Of a DNA stretch of 32,000 nucleotides, positions 1 through 10,245 are shown piece after piece. Origin of the DNA: Candidatus Saccharimonadota bacterium (GTDB taxonomy: Bacteria; Patescibacteriota; Gracilibacteria; BD1-5; UBA2023); contig BAAFHK010000003.1 in NCBI GenBank assembly GCA_042852035.1, forward strand, positions 60,001-92,000, in the 5' to 3' direction. The stretch's first letter is position 1. Every line of letters begins with the position of its first letter. The notes under the pieces are model-generated. The model was not told the DNA's origin. It saw only the letters and a list, made by a program, of their open reading frames with translations, and made no database searches. Made by a program: the position numbers and the translations under genes.

Positions 1-134
1 TGAAAATACTTTTCTTTCAAAGTGAGTTCTTGGTTTGTACTCACTTGAACAGGAGGAACAGCTGAAACTTCAGGAGATGTTGTCTCTGAGGAAGTATTTA
101 CAGTAGAATCAATTGGGGCAGAATTTTGATCCAT
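1..134 (-). CDS. hypothetical protein, N-terminal fragment; the gene runs off the left edge
   Basis: ATG at 134-132 on the minus strand is followed by 44 open codons to the window edge (MDQNSAPIDSTVNTSSETTSPEVSAVPPVQVSTNQELTLKEKYF). The peptide is Ser/Thr/Pro-rich and I recognise no domain. Confidence 0.35.
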   Translation of the reverse strand, partial: MDQNSAPIDSTVNTSSETTSPEVSAVPPVQVSTNQELTLKEKYF

Positions 135-220
135 AAAGAGAAATAAGAGGATAAAATGATTTGCCGATGAATGGAAATCTAGTATTATCATACTATTGAC
201 TCATTAATTATCAATTTCTT

Positions 221-1249
221 ATGAGAAATGCATTTGATTATTTAGAATATTCGTTTTTTACTCTATTTTCGAAAAAGTGAATTCGTATCATCGGATCATC
301 GGCTCTTGTTGACGCTATTTCAAGCATTATTACAATCATCCTTCTTTATGAAAGCGTTATCCTATTAGGGAAAGATTATATCGAAAATGGTACAGCAGAT
401 ATTCGCAACCTTATATTAAAGGCACTCCTTGTTCTCTTATGACTTACCACTATTGGCATTATTAATGTCTGATGGAAAATGATCGTAATTCCTATTCGTT
501 CCCTCGAAAATGAACAAAAAAAACTAGATTTCAGTGAGGATATTGCTCTTTTTAAAAAATACTTTGGTTACTATATTTCTTATGTTACATGGTACAGTGT
601 ATTTCTCATCATTTGGATTCTTTGAGCCATTTGAGGAGGGATATTATTTTGGATGATAGAGAAACCATTTTTGCTCTTTTTATATGAGGTTATACTCTTT
701 TGAGCATTATTCTTTTTTCAGATATGAATCTCTCTTACGTGGTATAATATTCTTATAGATCCCACATATTGAATAAAGGGTCTAAAAAAATGATATCAAC
801 TCTCAGAGTGAATAAAGTGGCAACTTTTTAAGATTATCTTTCTTTTTTCTCTCGTGATAAGCCTTGCAAGCGGTGTCATTACAAACCTCAACTCCCTTTT
901 GCCTTCCCCAGATACTTCTCAGACTCTCAAATCATTTGATATTAAGACTGTTTCATGAGAAGCACCGGATATAAATAATGTGTTTCCTTCAACCGAAAGT
1001 GGTAGTCGTTCGGAAACAGCGATGCCTCCTCTTCAGATTACGAGTCAATCTATTGAGAGCATAATACGTGTTATTGAAATTCTCATGCCAAATATATCAA
1101 TAACTTTCATACTCATGTCTCTTGAATGAGTTCTCGCTACTGCTATGATGCAAATCTTTCTTATGCGACTTACTATCGATGTCCGCCAAGATACTGAACT
1201 CTCACGAAAGAAGAGGATAGAAACTAATTCGACCTCATCGCTTGAATAA
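221..1249 (+). CDS. multi-pass membrane protein of unknown function (342 aa under code 25)
   Basis: Read codon by codon, this is 343 codons with no TAA or TAG. It has 12 in-frame TGA codons, starting at 278, 440, 470, 623, 632, 701, 725, 770, 791, 809, 956 and 1127. Several long hydrophobic runs (for example YYISYVTWYSVFLIIWILGAIGGGILFWMI and FKIIFLFSLVISLASGVI) suggest TM helices. The stop is TAA at 1247-1249. No family recognised. Confidence 0.7.
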
Positions 1250-2813
1250 ATCAAAGGAATAGAGGGTGTGGTCTTGTTGGTCGAGAGATAAGCTCTGGAT
1301 GAGCCTGAGTTGCTATCATATATGGATGATTTCGAAGTTCAACCACCTCAGCAAGAGTTCCGTCTGGGGAAGTTGCCGAGACGATGAATCATTTTTCTTC
1401 CATTTGTTCTCGATATTCTGGATTAAATTCAAATCGATGCCGATGTCGTTCAAGAGCTATTGATGCTTCATACACTTTTTTTGCAAGAGTTCCATCACGG
1501 ATAGTACATTCATAAGCCCCAAGTCGCATATTCCCTCACTTTGTTGTGAGTCATTTTTGATGCTCCATGATGTGGATGATATTATTCTTTCCTTCTGGGG
1601 TAAACTCTTCACTTGAAGCATCATTTATGCCGAGTACATTTCGTGCAAATTCTATAGCCATAATTTGGGAGCCAAGGCACACTCCAAGATACGGGATATT
1701 ATTTTCTCTCGCGTATCGAGCAGTCATAATCATTCCTTCAGTGCCACGAGTTCCAAATCCACCGGGAATACATATACCATCAAATCATTTGAGAAGCTCG
1801 ATTCATTCATTTTCAATATCTTCTGCCTCAACAAATTCAAGCTTCACCTTCATTTGATGAGCATATCAAGCACATTTGAGTCACTCATTGAGTGAATAAT
1901 ATGCATCCTCAAGTCCAACGTACTTTCCTACCATTGCAACTCGAAGAACCTCTTTGGATGCATCAATATTTGCAAGAAGATTTTCCCATTTTTTCATATC
2001 CAAAATAACCTCTCCCATTCTAAAAGCTTGCAGTATTTTCTCTCAAAAATGGTAAGAATGGAATGAAAGTGGAACTCTATAGATTGAGTCAAGAGTTGGA
2101 GCTGGTATAACATTCGAAACTTGTAAACCTGTAGAAACTGCAATTTTTTTTATAACATCCTCAGGGATTTCTGCATCTGCCCGGATAATAAGAAAATCAG
2201 GAGAAAGCCCGTAGCTCATAAGGGTTCGGACCGAATGCTGAATCGGCTTTGTTTTTAGCTCTTTACTTGCACCAAGATATGGTAGGAGAGCCACATGAAC
2301 AAAGATAACATTCTCTCGACCAAGATCATGTTGAAGTTGACGGGCTGATTCAAGAATATATTCATTTTCCATATCACCGACGGTTCCTCCGATTTCAATA
2401 ATCGAAATATCTGCGCCCGTCGACTCAAAACCCGTTTTTATTTTTTCTTTTACAAGATCCGTGAGGTGTGGAACAATCTGAACGGTTCCTCCAAGATAAT
2501 CTCATCGTCTCTCTTTTGCAATAATTTCTTCATAAAGCTTCCCTGAAGTAAAAGAAGAGAATTTATTGAGATCTGTATCAAGAAATCGTTCATAATGTCC
2601 GATGTCAAGGTCTGTCTCCGCTCCATCATTTGTGACGAATACTTCACCGTGCTGGAATGGACTCATCGTTCCCGGATCAACATTGAGGTATCCATCAAAC
2701 TTTTGGCAAAAAACGTTTTTTCAAGCTCATTTGAGGAGTGCCCCAATCGATGCGGCAGCAATTCCTTTCCCGATTCCTGAAAGAACTCATCCAGTAACGA
2801 ATATAATTTTCAT
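1224..2813 (-). CDS. pyrG: CTP synthase (529 aa)
   Basis: ORF-track fragments 1551-1733 and 2043-2372 and the gaps between them lie in one frame when TGA=Gly; I count about 13 TGA codons. Signature blocks are [68 protein letters not shown], the GATase block YLGVCLGSQ, and GGNMRLG. The stop is TAG at 1224-1226. Confidence 0.95.
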
Positions 2814-2862
2814 AAATTTATAGGTTTAGTAATCTTAGATGTAAATGATTTATTTTTACTAC

Positions 2863-2888
2863 AAAAAAGAAGGTCAGCAAAGACCTTC
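2863..2888 (-). terminator. rho-independent terminator after the 2991-3365 gene
   Basis: The stem is gaaggtc (2869-2875) paired with gaccttc (2882-2888) around a 6-nt loop. On the minus strand a U6 run (plus-strand A6 at 2863-2868) follows the hairpin. Confidence 0.6.
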
Positions 2889-2990
2889 GAATCAAAACAA
2901 TTGGTGAGCATGAAGTGAAGATATTTGTCGCTTCATGTGGAATACATTATAGAGAAAATGCTTGAAAATCAAGTATTTAGATAGGAAATA

Positions 2991-3365
2991 TTAATGAATA
3001 TTTCTACTTTCTGGTACTTGGATAGAATATGGGTGAGGTGGATTGAGAATTCCTTGTATTATTTGATCTTCAAAATCTCTCATTTTTTGATTTGCATTAT
3101 TTCAAGCCTCGAGACATACGGTAATACTTTTAACTATTTCTCATGTCATGCGAGGAGTTCATCATCTTTTCTCCTTAAGTCTTTTTTCAGCATCAATAAG
3201 TCATAAAATTCAGTTTATATCGAAAGGATTTCCTGGGTCTTGAGCATATCTGGAAAAAAATATGCTATTAACTTGGGGCTTTACGTTTTCTTCTACTCAT
3301 CATAAATAATCAAAATATCCGATTCGGATAGGTTCATTATTTGATGGAATATCAATATTTGGCAT
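2991..3365 (-). CDS. hypothetical protein (124 aa)
   Basis: Runs from ATG at 3365-3363 to TAA at 2993-2991. It is 125 codons with 8 in-frame TGA and no TAA or TAG, checked codon by codon (MPNIDIPSNNEPIRIGYFDYLGGVEENVKPQ...). No recognisable family. Confidence 0.6.
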
Positions 3366-3403
3366 AAATTTGATGCTATTTCCCTCTTCACTTTTGTCAA
3401 AAG

Positions 3404-3433
3404 AAAAAACCTCAGAAATTTCTGAGGTTTTTT
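3404..3433. terminator. bidirectional rho-independent terminator downstream of fusA
   Basis: A perfect palindrome, aaaaaacctcagaaa/tttctgaggtttttt, centred at 3418/3419. It lies 12 nt after the fusA stop and has A and T runs on both sides. Confidence 0.8.
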
Positions 3434-3444
3434 GCATCATCATT

Positions 3445-5589
3445 TTACTCTTCTTCGTCCTCCTCAAACTTCACTCCGCGTTCAGCACGGATTTTCTCTG
3501 TAATATTATTTGGAGTATGAGCATAGTGAGCAAATTCCATAGTGTAAGTTGCACGACCTTGACTCATAGATCGGAGATCGGTTGCATATCCAAACATTTC
3601 TGAGAGTGGAACATGAGCGCGGAGGATTTTTGCCATACCACGTTCAGTCATTTCAGTAATTTGACCACGCTTTGAGTTGAGGTTTCCGAGAACATCACCC
3701 ATATACTCTTCTGGAGTATTTACCTCCACGAGCATAATTGGTTCGAGAAGCACTGGACGAGCCTTCTTTGCAGCTTGGCGGAATGCCTTGATGGCAGCCA
3801 TTCGGAACGCAAGTTCATTCGAGTCAACTTCATGGTAGCTACCGAAGGTAAGCGTTGCCTTTACATCAACGATAGGGTATCCAGCGATAATACCGCGTGA
3901 GTAGGCAGCCTTGAGCCCCTTCTCCACTCCTGGAATATACTCACGAGGAACGACACCACCGACAATTTTGTTGAAGAATACATTTTCTTCCTTAAGTCCT
4001 TCTGGATCTGCTGCTCGCATTTCTGGAGTGATTGGTTCGAAAGACATGACGACATCACCGAATTGTCCACGACCACCTGATTGCTTTTTATGAACTCCAC
4101 GTTCGTCAATTACTGCTTGAGTTATAGATTCACGGTATGCAACCTGTGGAGCACCAACATTTGCTTCAACCTTGAATTCACGCTTCATACGATCAACCAA
4201 GATTTCGAGGTGAAGTTCACCCATACCCGCCATGATTGTTTGACCTGTTTCAGCATTTGAAGTCACACGGAATGATGGATCTTCTTCAGCAAGCTTATTG
4301 AGAGCCATACCCATCTTTTCTTGATCAGCCTTTGTCTTTGGTTCAACAGAAATAGAAATCACAGGTTCTGGGAAGGTCATACGTTCGAGGATAATTGGCT
4401 TATTCTCATCACAGAGAGTATCACCAGTTCGAGTGTTCTTGAGACCGATTACTGCACCGATATTCCCTGCTGGGATTTCATCGATTTCTGTACGATTGTT
4501 GGCGTGCATTTGGAGGAGACGTCCGATACGTTCCTTTTCTCCACTTACTGTATTTTGTACGTAAGAACCTGACTTGAGAGTTCCTGAGTATACACGAACG
4601 AAAGTAATTCGTCCAACGAATGGATCTGTCATAATCTTAAACGCAATTACTGCGAGTGATTCATTTGGATCTTGCTTGAGTACAATTTCCTTATTCTCAT
4701 CGTCAACATCAGTACCAGTAATTGTACCGTTGTCGATATCGAGAGGAGAAGGAAGGTAGTCTACAACTGCATCGAGAACGAGTTGTACACCCTTATTCAT
4801 AAGAGCAGAACCACAAAGAAGTGGGTATACACCATCTGAAATAACTCCCTTTCGAAGTCCAGCCTTGATTTCTGCCTCAGTAAGAGTTCCTGTCTCAAAA
4901 TATTTATTCATAAGTTCATCGTCTTGCTCTGCAGCTTTCTCGATAACTTTTGCATGCCATTCTTCAGCAAGAGCCTTCATATCTTCAGGGATTTCAAATT
5001 CGATCACTTTTTCTCCCATAGCACCCTCGAATCGGTATGCCTTCATCTTTACGAGATCGATAATACCAGCAAAATCATTCTCCTGCCCGATAGGAAGTTG
5101 TACTGGGATAACTTTATTTCCAGCGAGACGCTTTACGATAGATTCGTAAGTCATCATGAAGTTTCCACCGGTCTTATCCATCTTATTGGCAAAGGCGATA
5201 CGAGGAACTCCGTATTTATCTGCTTGCTTCCATACTGTTTCTGACTGTGGTTCTACTCCTTGTGAAGAATCAAAAACCGCAACAGCACCATCAAGAACAC
5301 GCATAGAACGCTCTACTTCAATCGTAAAGTCAACGTGCCCCGGAGTATCGATAAGATTGAGATCAACTCCTCTCCATGAAGTCGTAGTTGCCGCAGAAGT
5401 GATAGTAATACCACGTTCTTTTTCTTGTTCCATCCAGTCCATAGTTGCTCCACCATCGTGTACCTCACCAATCTTGTGATTAATACCAGTATAGAAAAGA
5501 ATACGTTCAGAAGTGGTGGTCTTACCTGCATCGATATGGGCTGCGATACCGAAGTTACGAAGATTCTTGAGATCTTTAGAAATCGCCAT
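3445..5589 (-). CDS. fusA: translation elongation factor G (714 aa)
   Basis: Intact ORF in the track with GTPase motifs [17 protein letters not shown] and NKMD and full EF-G domain architecture. It has a TAA stop and contains no in-frame TGA at all. Confidence 0.97.
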   Translation of the reverse strand: MAISKDLKNLRNFGIAAHIDAGKTTTSERILFYTGINHKIGEVHDGGATMDWMEQEKERGITITSAATTTSWRGVDLNLIDTPGHVDFTIEVERSMRVLDGAVAVFDSSQGVEPQSETVWKQADKYGVPRIAFANKMDKTGGNFMMTYESIVKRLAGNKVIPVQLPIGQENDFAGIIDLVKMKAYRFEGAMGEKVIEFEIPEDMKALAEEWHAKVIEKAAEQDDELMNKYFETGTLTEAEIKAGLRKGVISDGVYPLLCGSALMNKGVQLVLDAVVDYLPSPLDIDNGTITGTDVDDENKEIVLKQDPNESLAVIAFKIMTDPFVGRITFVRVYSGTLKSGSYVQNTVSGEKERIGRLLQMHANNRTEIDEIPAGNIGAVIGLKNTRTGDTLCDENKPIILERMTFPEPVISISVEPKTKADQEKMGMALNKLAEEDPSFRVTSNAETGQTIMAGMGELHLEILVDRMKREFKVEANVGAPQVAYRESITQAVIDERGVHKKQSGGRGQFGDVVMSFEPITPEMRAADPEGLKEENVFFNKIVGGVVPREYIPGVEKGLKAAYSRGIIAGYPIVDVKATLTFGSYHEVDSNELAFRMAAIKAFRQAAKKARPVLLEPIMLVEVNTPEEYMGDVLGNLNSKRGQITEMTERGMAKILRAHVPLSEMFGYATDLRSMSQGRATYTMEFAHYAHTPNNITEKIRAERGVKFEEDEEE

Positions 5590-5640
5590 AAGAATAAAAT
5601 GAATAAATAATGTCCTCGGAAATCCGAGAAATTCGCGTGG

Positions 5641-5668
5641 ATAATATAGAAAAAATAAAGGATGTCAA
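5641..5668 (-). promoter_or_regulatory. sigma70-like promoter for fusA
   Basis: Minus strand reads TTGACA (5668-5663), a 16-nt spacer, then TATTAT (5646-5641). The local sequence is TTGACA-N14-TATATTATC, the same layout as upstream of infB. It lies between the GT2 stop (5687) and the fusA ATG (5589). Confidence 0.5.
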
Positions 5669-5686
5669 AAGATAAAAACTGTGCTT

Positions 5687-6496
5687 TTACTCCCTTATAT
5701 CTACAAATGAATTTGGTCAAGATAATTCTCTATTGTATGCCCACATATGGAGTAATCTTTTTCTGAGTAAACCTAATATTTGTTGAGTAGTTCTATACCG
5801 CCTTCAGTCAGTTAATACCTCAACTGATTTTCATCTAAGTTTAATAGTTTTTCACATTTCTGCTATCTTTCTGCTTATAAGAACATCTTCTCAAAGATTA
5901 ATTCACGATACAAATCCTCATACACTGCGAGCAACATCAGTTTTATACGATCGATTCGGTCATCAAATAACTTCAGGAAGAAGATTAAGCTGATTTCATA
6001 CCAATCTTATAGCCCGAAATGATGTTCTTAGCATAAGAAAAGATAGGTGTGCATCATGATATGCAATCGGACCATAAGCCTGTACCACCTCTGAATCAGA
6101 ATATGCCTCATAATGTCGATTTACCCATTCGGGTGGAACGAGAGTATCAGCACTTCATTCGATAGCAATATGTCATCTTAAATTCTCTAATCATGTCTGA
6201 CGAGCAAAGGATGTTCACTTTCTTGGCTCATATAACGTACGAATTCAACACTGTTCCAAAATTTCTTTTGTTCTGTCAGTACAAGCATTTGCTACTCAGA
6301 CTATCTCGATAGGAACACTCGTTTGCATCCTTGCATACGCAGACAATGTTGGTAGTAAGTAATTTTGCTCATTAAAGGCACAAAAATATACTGATACTTT
6401 TGGATTTTGACTTGTGACTGCTGAAATACCAGTTTTTATCTCTGAACATTTATCTTGTAATGTCTCATCGGACATTAATGTTGTATTTAAATACAT
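5687..6496 (-). CDS. family-2 glycosyltransferase-like protein (269 aa)
   Basis: ORF 6296-6496 extends through many TGA codons to TAA at 5689-5687. The N-terminal block VSVYFCAFNEQNYLLPTLSAYARMQTSVPIEIVGVANACTDRTKEIL...IEGSADTLVPPEW matches the GT2 pattern (xxPxYNE ... EIIVVDNxSTDxT ... DAD). The assignment is from memory of the family pattern only. Confidence 0.6.
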
Positions 6497-6574
6497 ATAC
6501 TTTTATTGTCAAATAATATTCAAATATTGAAATTTTCAAGTATATTTTTCAGAGAATTTCACTAAAATGCAACT

Positions 6575-7948
6575 ATGCAATCTCTTTTTTCTCATTCTAT
6601 CACTCCGCTCGCCTCACTGCTTAGACCCGAAAGGATTGATGACCTCGTCGGACAATCACATCTTATCGGACCAGGAAAATCAATAAGAAAATTCATCGAG
6701 GCAGGGAAAATTCCTTCACTTTTATTCTGGGGACCACCTGGTTGCGGAAAAACGAGCCTCGCGCGAGTGATTGCGAATTCTCTCGATGCTGAATTTTTTC
6801 ATCTTTCATGAGTCCTCTCGAAAAAAGAAGATGTTGTGAAGATTATTGGAAAGGCTCAGAAAAACTATAATGAATGACAGCAAACTATTCTCTTTCTCGA
6901 TGAGATACATAGGTGGACCAAAAGCCAACAGGACGTCCTCCTCCCATGGGTGGAAAAAGGAATTGTCACACTTATTGGTGCAACGACTGAAAACCCGAGT
7001 TTCACCGTGATTAATGCCCTCCTTTCGCGCTGTCGGACGTACATCCTCGAACCCATCAAGCCAAAAGAAGTCGAAGAATTTCTCATGAAGAATCTTAGAA
7101 GAATAGAAGAGAGGTATCCAAAAATAGTTTTTTTTCCTGATAATAAACAATGAAATAGGGAGTCCGAGGGGGCAATACTGTCTGAGCGAAGATGAGAGCA
7201 GAACAATGACGAGCGAAAGCAGAGTAAGAGGGAGTTTATTGGCCCCTCGGGAGCTTTTGGTACTTTTCAATCATGAAAAGTACCTTCATTTGAACTTATC
7301 GCCAAACTCGGATGAGGCGACCTCCGCAATACATTGAATCTTCTCGAAACTGCCTGTATCCTCCAAGGCGAAGGTGAGCTCACACGAGAAAATATCCTCG
7401 AAGCCTGAAGTAAATCACTCATGTATGACCAGGATGGTGAGGAACACTATAATCTCATCTCTGCGATGCATAAATCCCTGAGGGATTCAGACTGAGATGC
7501 AGCTATTTACTGGATTGGTCGTATGCTTGCATGAGGTGAAGATCCGAGATACATAGCCAGACGTATGATAAACTTTGCGAGCGAGGATGTATACAGTCCT
7601 GAGGCAATCATGCTTACCAATAGTGTCTACGAAATCTGTGAAAAAATGGGAATGCCAGAGTGTGAACTCCCGCTCATTAATGCTGCCTACTTCCTCGCTG
7701 ATCTCCCGAAAGATAATCGAGTCTATATGGCGATGCAGGCGATGCATGCCGATGTACGAGAGTTCTGAAATCTCGGAGTTCCCCTCCACTTACGCAATGC
7801 TCCAACGGAACTCATGAAGGAAGCTGGATATGGAAAAGGATATGAATATGCTCATAATCTCAAAGAGAAGAAAAGTACTCAAGAACACCTTCCAAAAGAA
7901 TTACAAGGAAGAAGATATAGAGGCTCATCTCACGAAGAAAAAAACTAG
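6575..7948 (+). CDS. rarA: replication-associated recombination protein A (AAA+ ATPase, MgsA/WRNIP type), 457 aa including a 45-aa insertion
   Basis: Track fragments 6575-6811, 6950-7153 and 7565-7768 share a frame and join across TGA codons. Motifs are Walker [75 protein letters not shown] and [25 protein letters not shown]. The stop is TAG at 7946-7948. Confidence 0.92.
7151..7285. other. 135-nt in-frame, purine- and GC-rich palindromic insertion inside rarA
   Basis: It sits where orthologues run ...PD-x4-AIAELxxGD. Here PDNKQ and [12 protein letters not shown] are separated by 45 extra codons. The long-range inverted repeat is ccgagggg (7164-7171) with cccctcgg (7243-7250). A terminal 9-bp hairpin is ggtactttt (7259-7267) with aaaagtacc (7276-7284). 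A hand count gives 32/60 G+C for 7161-7220. Confidence 0.55.
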
Positions 7949-9192
7949 TTTAATTCGTCAATACTCTCAAGATCAGCCACGAAATCTCCCATTTGAGAAA
8001 AATCATCAAAATAAATCCGTATTCGTGCTCATGATCGATATTTTTCAGGAAATGGTTTTGTAAATATTTCTGTGGCTTTAGACTGACCGCTTAATAGAAC
8101 AATAAATCGATATTTATATCCATAGATATTTATATTTTTAGTTGATAGACCATCATTTATTTTTGAAATATCAACACCTTGGGATTCTCTTTCTTCTTCG
8201 GGGATATACCCAAGTGCCACAGTCTTCCAGTCTGAAGCCTTCTCAACATTCACAATTTCTGTAATAATACTTATATTTTTCTCGATTATCTTCTGTCGTT
8301 TTTTTTCTCGAAAGAAATATGCAAAATTCATGGATCACAGTCAGAGAAAAATAGAGCCAACTACTCAAAATGGAAGAGATTGAAGAAAAACTGCTAATAA
8401 TACAAGCATAAGTCCCATAATCCCAAAGAGGGCGAGCGTTCCTCCATAACTCATACTCCCTTTCAGGAGCTTGCGTAAGTTTCGTTCATTTGCTTCAATT
8501 TTACTTTCTTGATATTGCGTAGCTACTGCAAATGATTCGGAGTTTTGTGATACTGTATTGAGATCAACCCAATATATACCTGGATATCTACTGTAATCCT
8601 TAATGACTCGCACGGAACTTCCGACCTCAAATTCTGGCATCCTTATAACATCACTCTCGTATTCTTCTTGGGTATTTTTATCCTTACAGAGATATTTATA
8701 CCCAACAATCCGAGAACCCCTTTTTGACTTTGTTTTCACAACTTCCATATCAATAATAGTTGATTCTGTGAAACAGCCTTGAGACTGAAGGAGAAGAATA
8801 ATATCCTTTTTTCTTTTACTTCTAACATAGGCATATATCCAACCCATCATTAGAAAAAGTCCTATTATTGGAAAAATAGAACCTAAAACAAGTTCTTGGA
8901 GAGTGGCAACCCGTAAAGGGTTACTTCTATCATAAACTACACGAATAGTTTCACCGATTCGATTACACGGAACATTATTACAACTCATGGAACCTCGAGG
9001 GTGGGATATATATTCTTTTCATCCATGAGAGTAACGTATATCTGGTGATGTAGAATACGTGAGAACCTCACCTTCTACGATGGATGCTGAAGAAAATGAA
9101 ATTCCTGACGAAACGATAAATATAAGCCCAAAGGAGAAAAATATGCCTCCGAAAATAAAGAGAAAAATTGGGGTAGTTTTTGGACTGTACAT
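7945..9192 (-). CDS. membrane protein with three DUF3592-like modules (415 aa)
   Basis: Track ORFs 8029-8331 and 8365-8988 are in one frame and are bridged by TGA codons. The frame extends upstream to ATG at 9192-9190. The layout is a TM helix followed by a beta-rich module ending in a (V/I)xYDxxNP-like block ([15 protein letters not shown]), repeated three times with TM helices between. The stop is TAG at 7947-7945. Confidence 0.7.
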
Positions 9193-9335
9193 ATACTAAA
9201 AATGACTCAATTTATTCTAACACATCTTCCTAATTCGTGCAATTTCTTAGAAGCTTCTCACATTTTTTTAATACGAAAATTCGCAAATATGAGAATATTG
9301 GAGAGTATAAGTGGTGAATATATTTATTAAGCTTC

Positions 9336-10193
9336 CTAAAAGAACCGAAAATATGCCTCTCGAAATGAGAGTCTTGTGGTAATAAAGTTCTCTTTAAATT
9401 CAGTATACCCTTTCTGGTCGCTTGGACCCGTCCTATTTCGGATATGGTCGACGGTAAGATATTTCATCCCTTTTTCTTTCGAGTCTCGAAACCACTCTCC
9501 CATTACAGCAGTACCAGCCTGAGTATCATAGTATTTTTGATTCGTAAATGCCACCAGATGCACCGAATGATTATCAATATAATCATGTGCTGCAAGTCCA
9601 GCTATAGCTACGCCATCTGTACTATAAGCTACCCACTGCCTTACTGCACTAGAATTTATAGCAACCATTTTTTTATAATAGCCAATATATACACTCTTAT
9701 GCCAGTGTTTAACCTTGGTTGCACGAAAAGCGGTAACAAATTCTTCAGGAGTCACAGCACGAACGCTACATCCAGATTTCTCAAATTTCTTGAGTGCACG
9801 CTTTGCTCGATCATTCCAACTTGCAGTGTAGGGTTGTCATTCTTTTAGTTCAGCAAATCCTGTTTCTTCGAAATGGTCAGTAAACCAGAGCTTTCTCCAC
9901 GGCTTTGGTATTTGGCTTTTTGTCCGAGAATATGGAATCCATGCAACAAATGCATGTTTGAGTCCTGTGACCTTTTTTATTACTTCGATATCTGGTTCAT
10001 GATCAACGCGTTCATATTTTACGACTCAAAAGTTATCACCAAATATTTTTTTTCTCCAAGCAAATTGGGGTGGATGATGAAAATCAAACGTCGAAAGCCC
10101 ACAGCCCTCAAGATATTTTCGATAGGTAGGTGATGATGTGCGATGATAGAAGAAGTCTTTTGGGTAATCTTTTTTCTCTGGGAATTGATGCAT
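9336..10193 (-). CDS. FemAB/GNAT-fold acyltransferase-like protein (285 aa)
   Basis: ORF 9336-9755 extends upstream across two TGA codons to ATG at 10193-10191. The C-terminal half (WVAYSTDGVAIAGLAAHDYIDNHSVHLVAFTNQKYYDTQAGTAVMGEWFRDSKEKGMKYLTVD) resembles FemAB-type or BioF2-like GNAT domains. The functional call is tentative. Confidence 0.5.
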
Positions 10194-10245
10194 AGAACGA
10201 GTATAACAGGTATGAGATGGAAAGGCAATTTTACTCAGTTAAATA

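Noticed and set aside
6806-7270. Antisense or overlapping track ORFs as genes. Examples are 6806-7270, 6865-7206, 5313-5720, 14817-15251, 14204-14497, 17879-18516, 21818-22138, 9444-9848, 10019-10228 and 12777-13214.
   Set aside because: Each lies opposite or out of frame to a well-supported conserved gene, and their translations are low-complexity. They are artefacts of long stop-free antisense frames.
7151-7285. The rarA insertion as an intein, a group I/II intron or a hammerhead-type ribozyme.
   Set aside because: It is far too short for an intein (45 aa, no splicing blocks) or a self-splicing intron. I could not find the CUGAUGA...GAAA hammerhead core. It is kept as an unexplained palindromic in-frame element.
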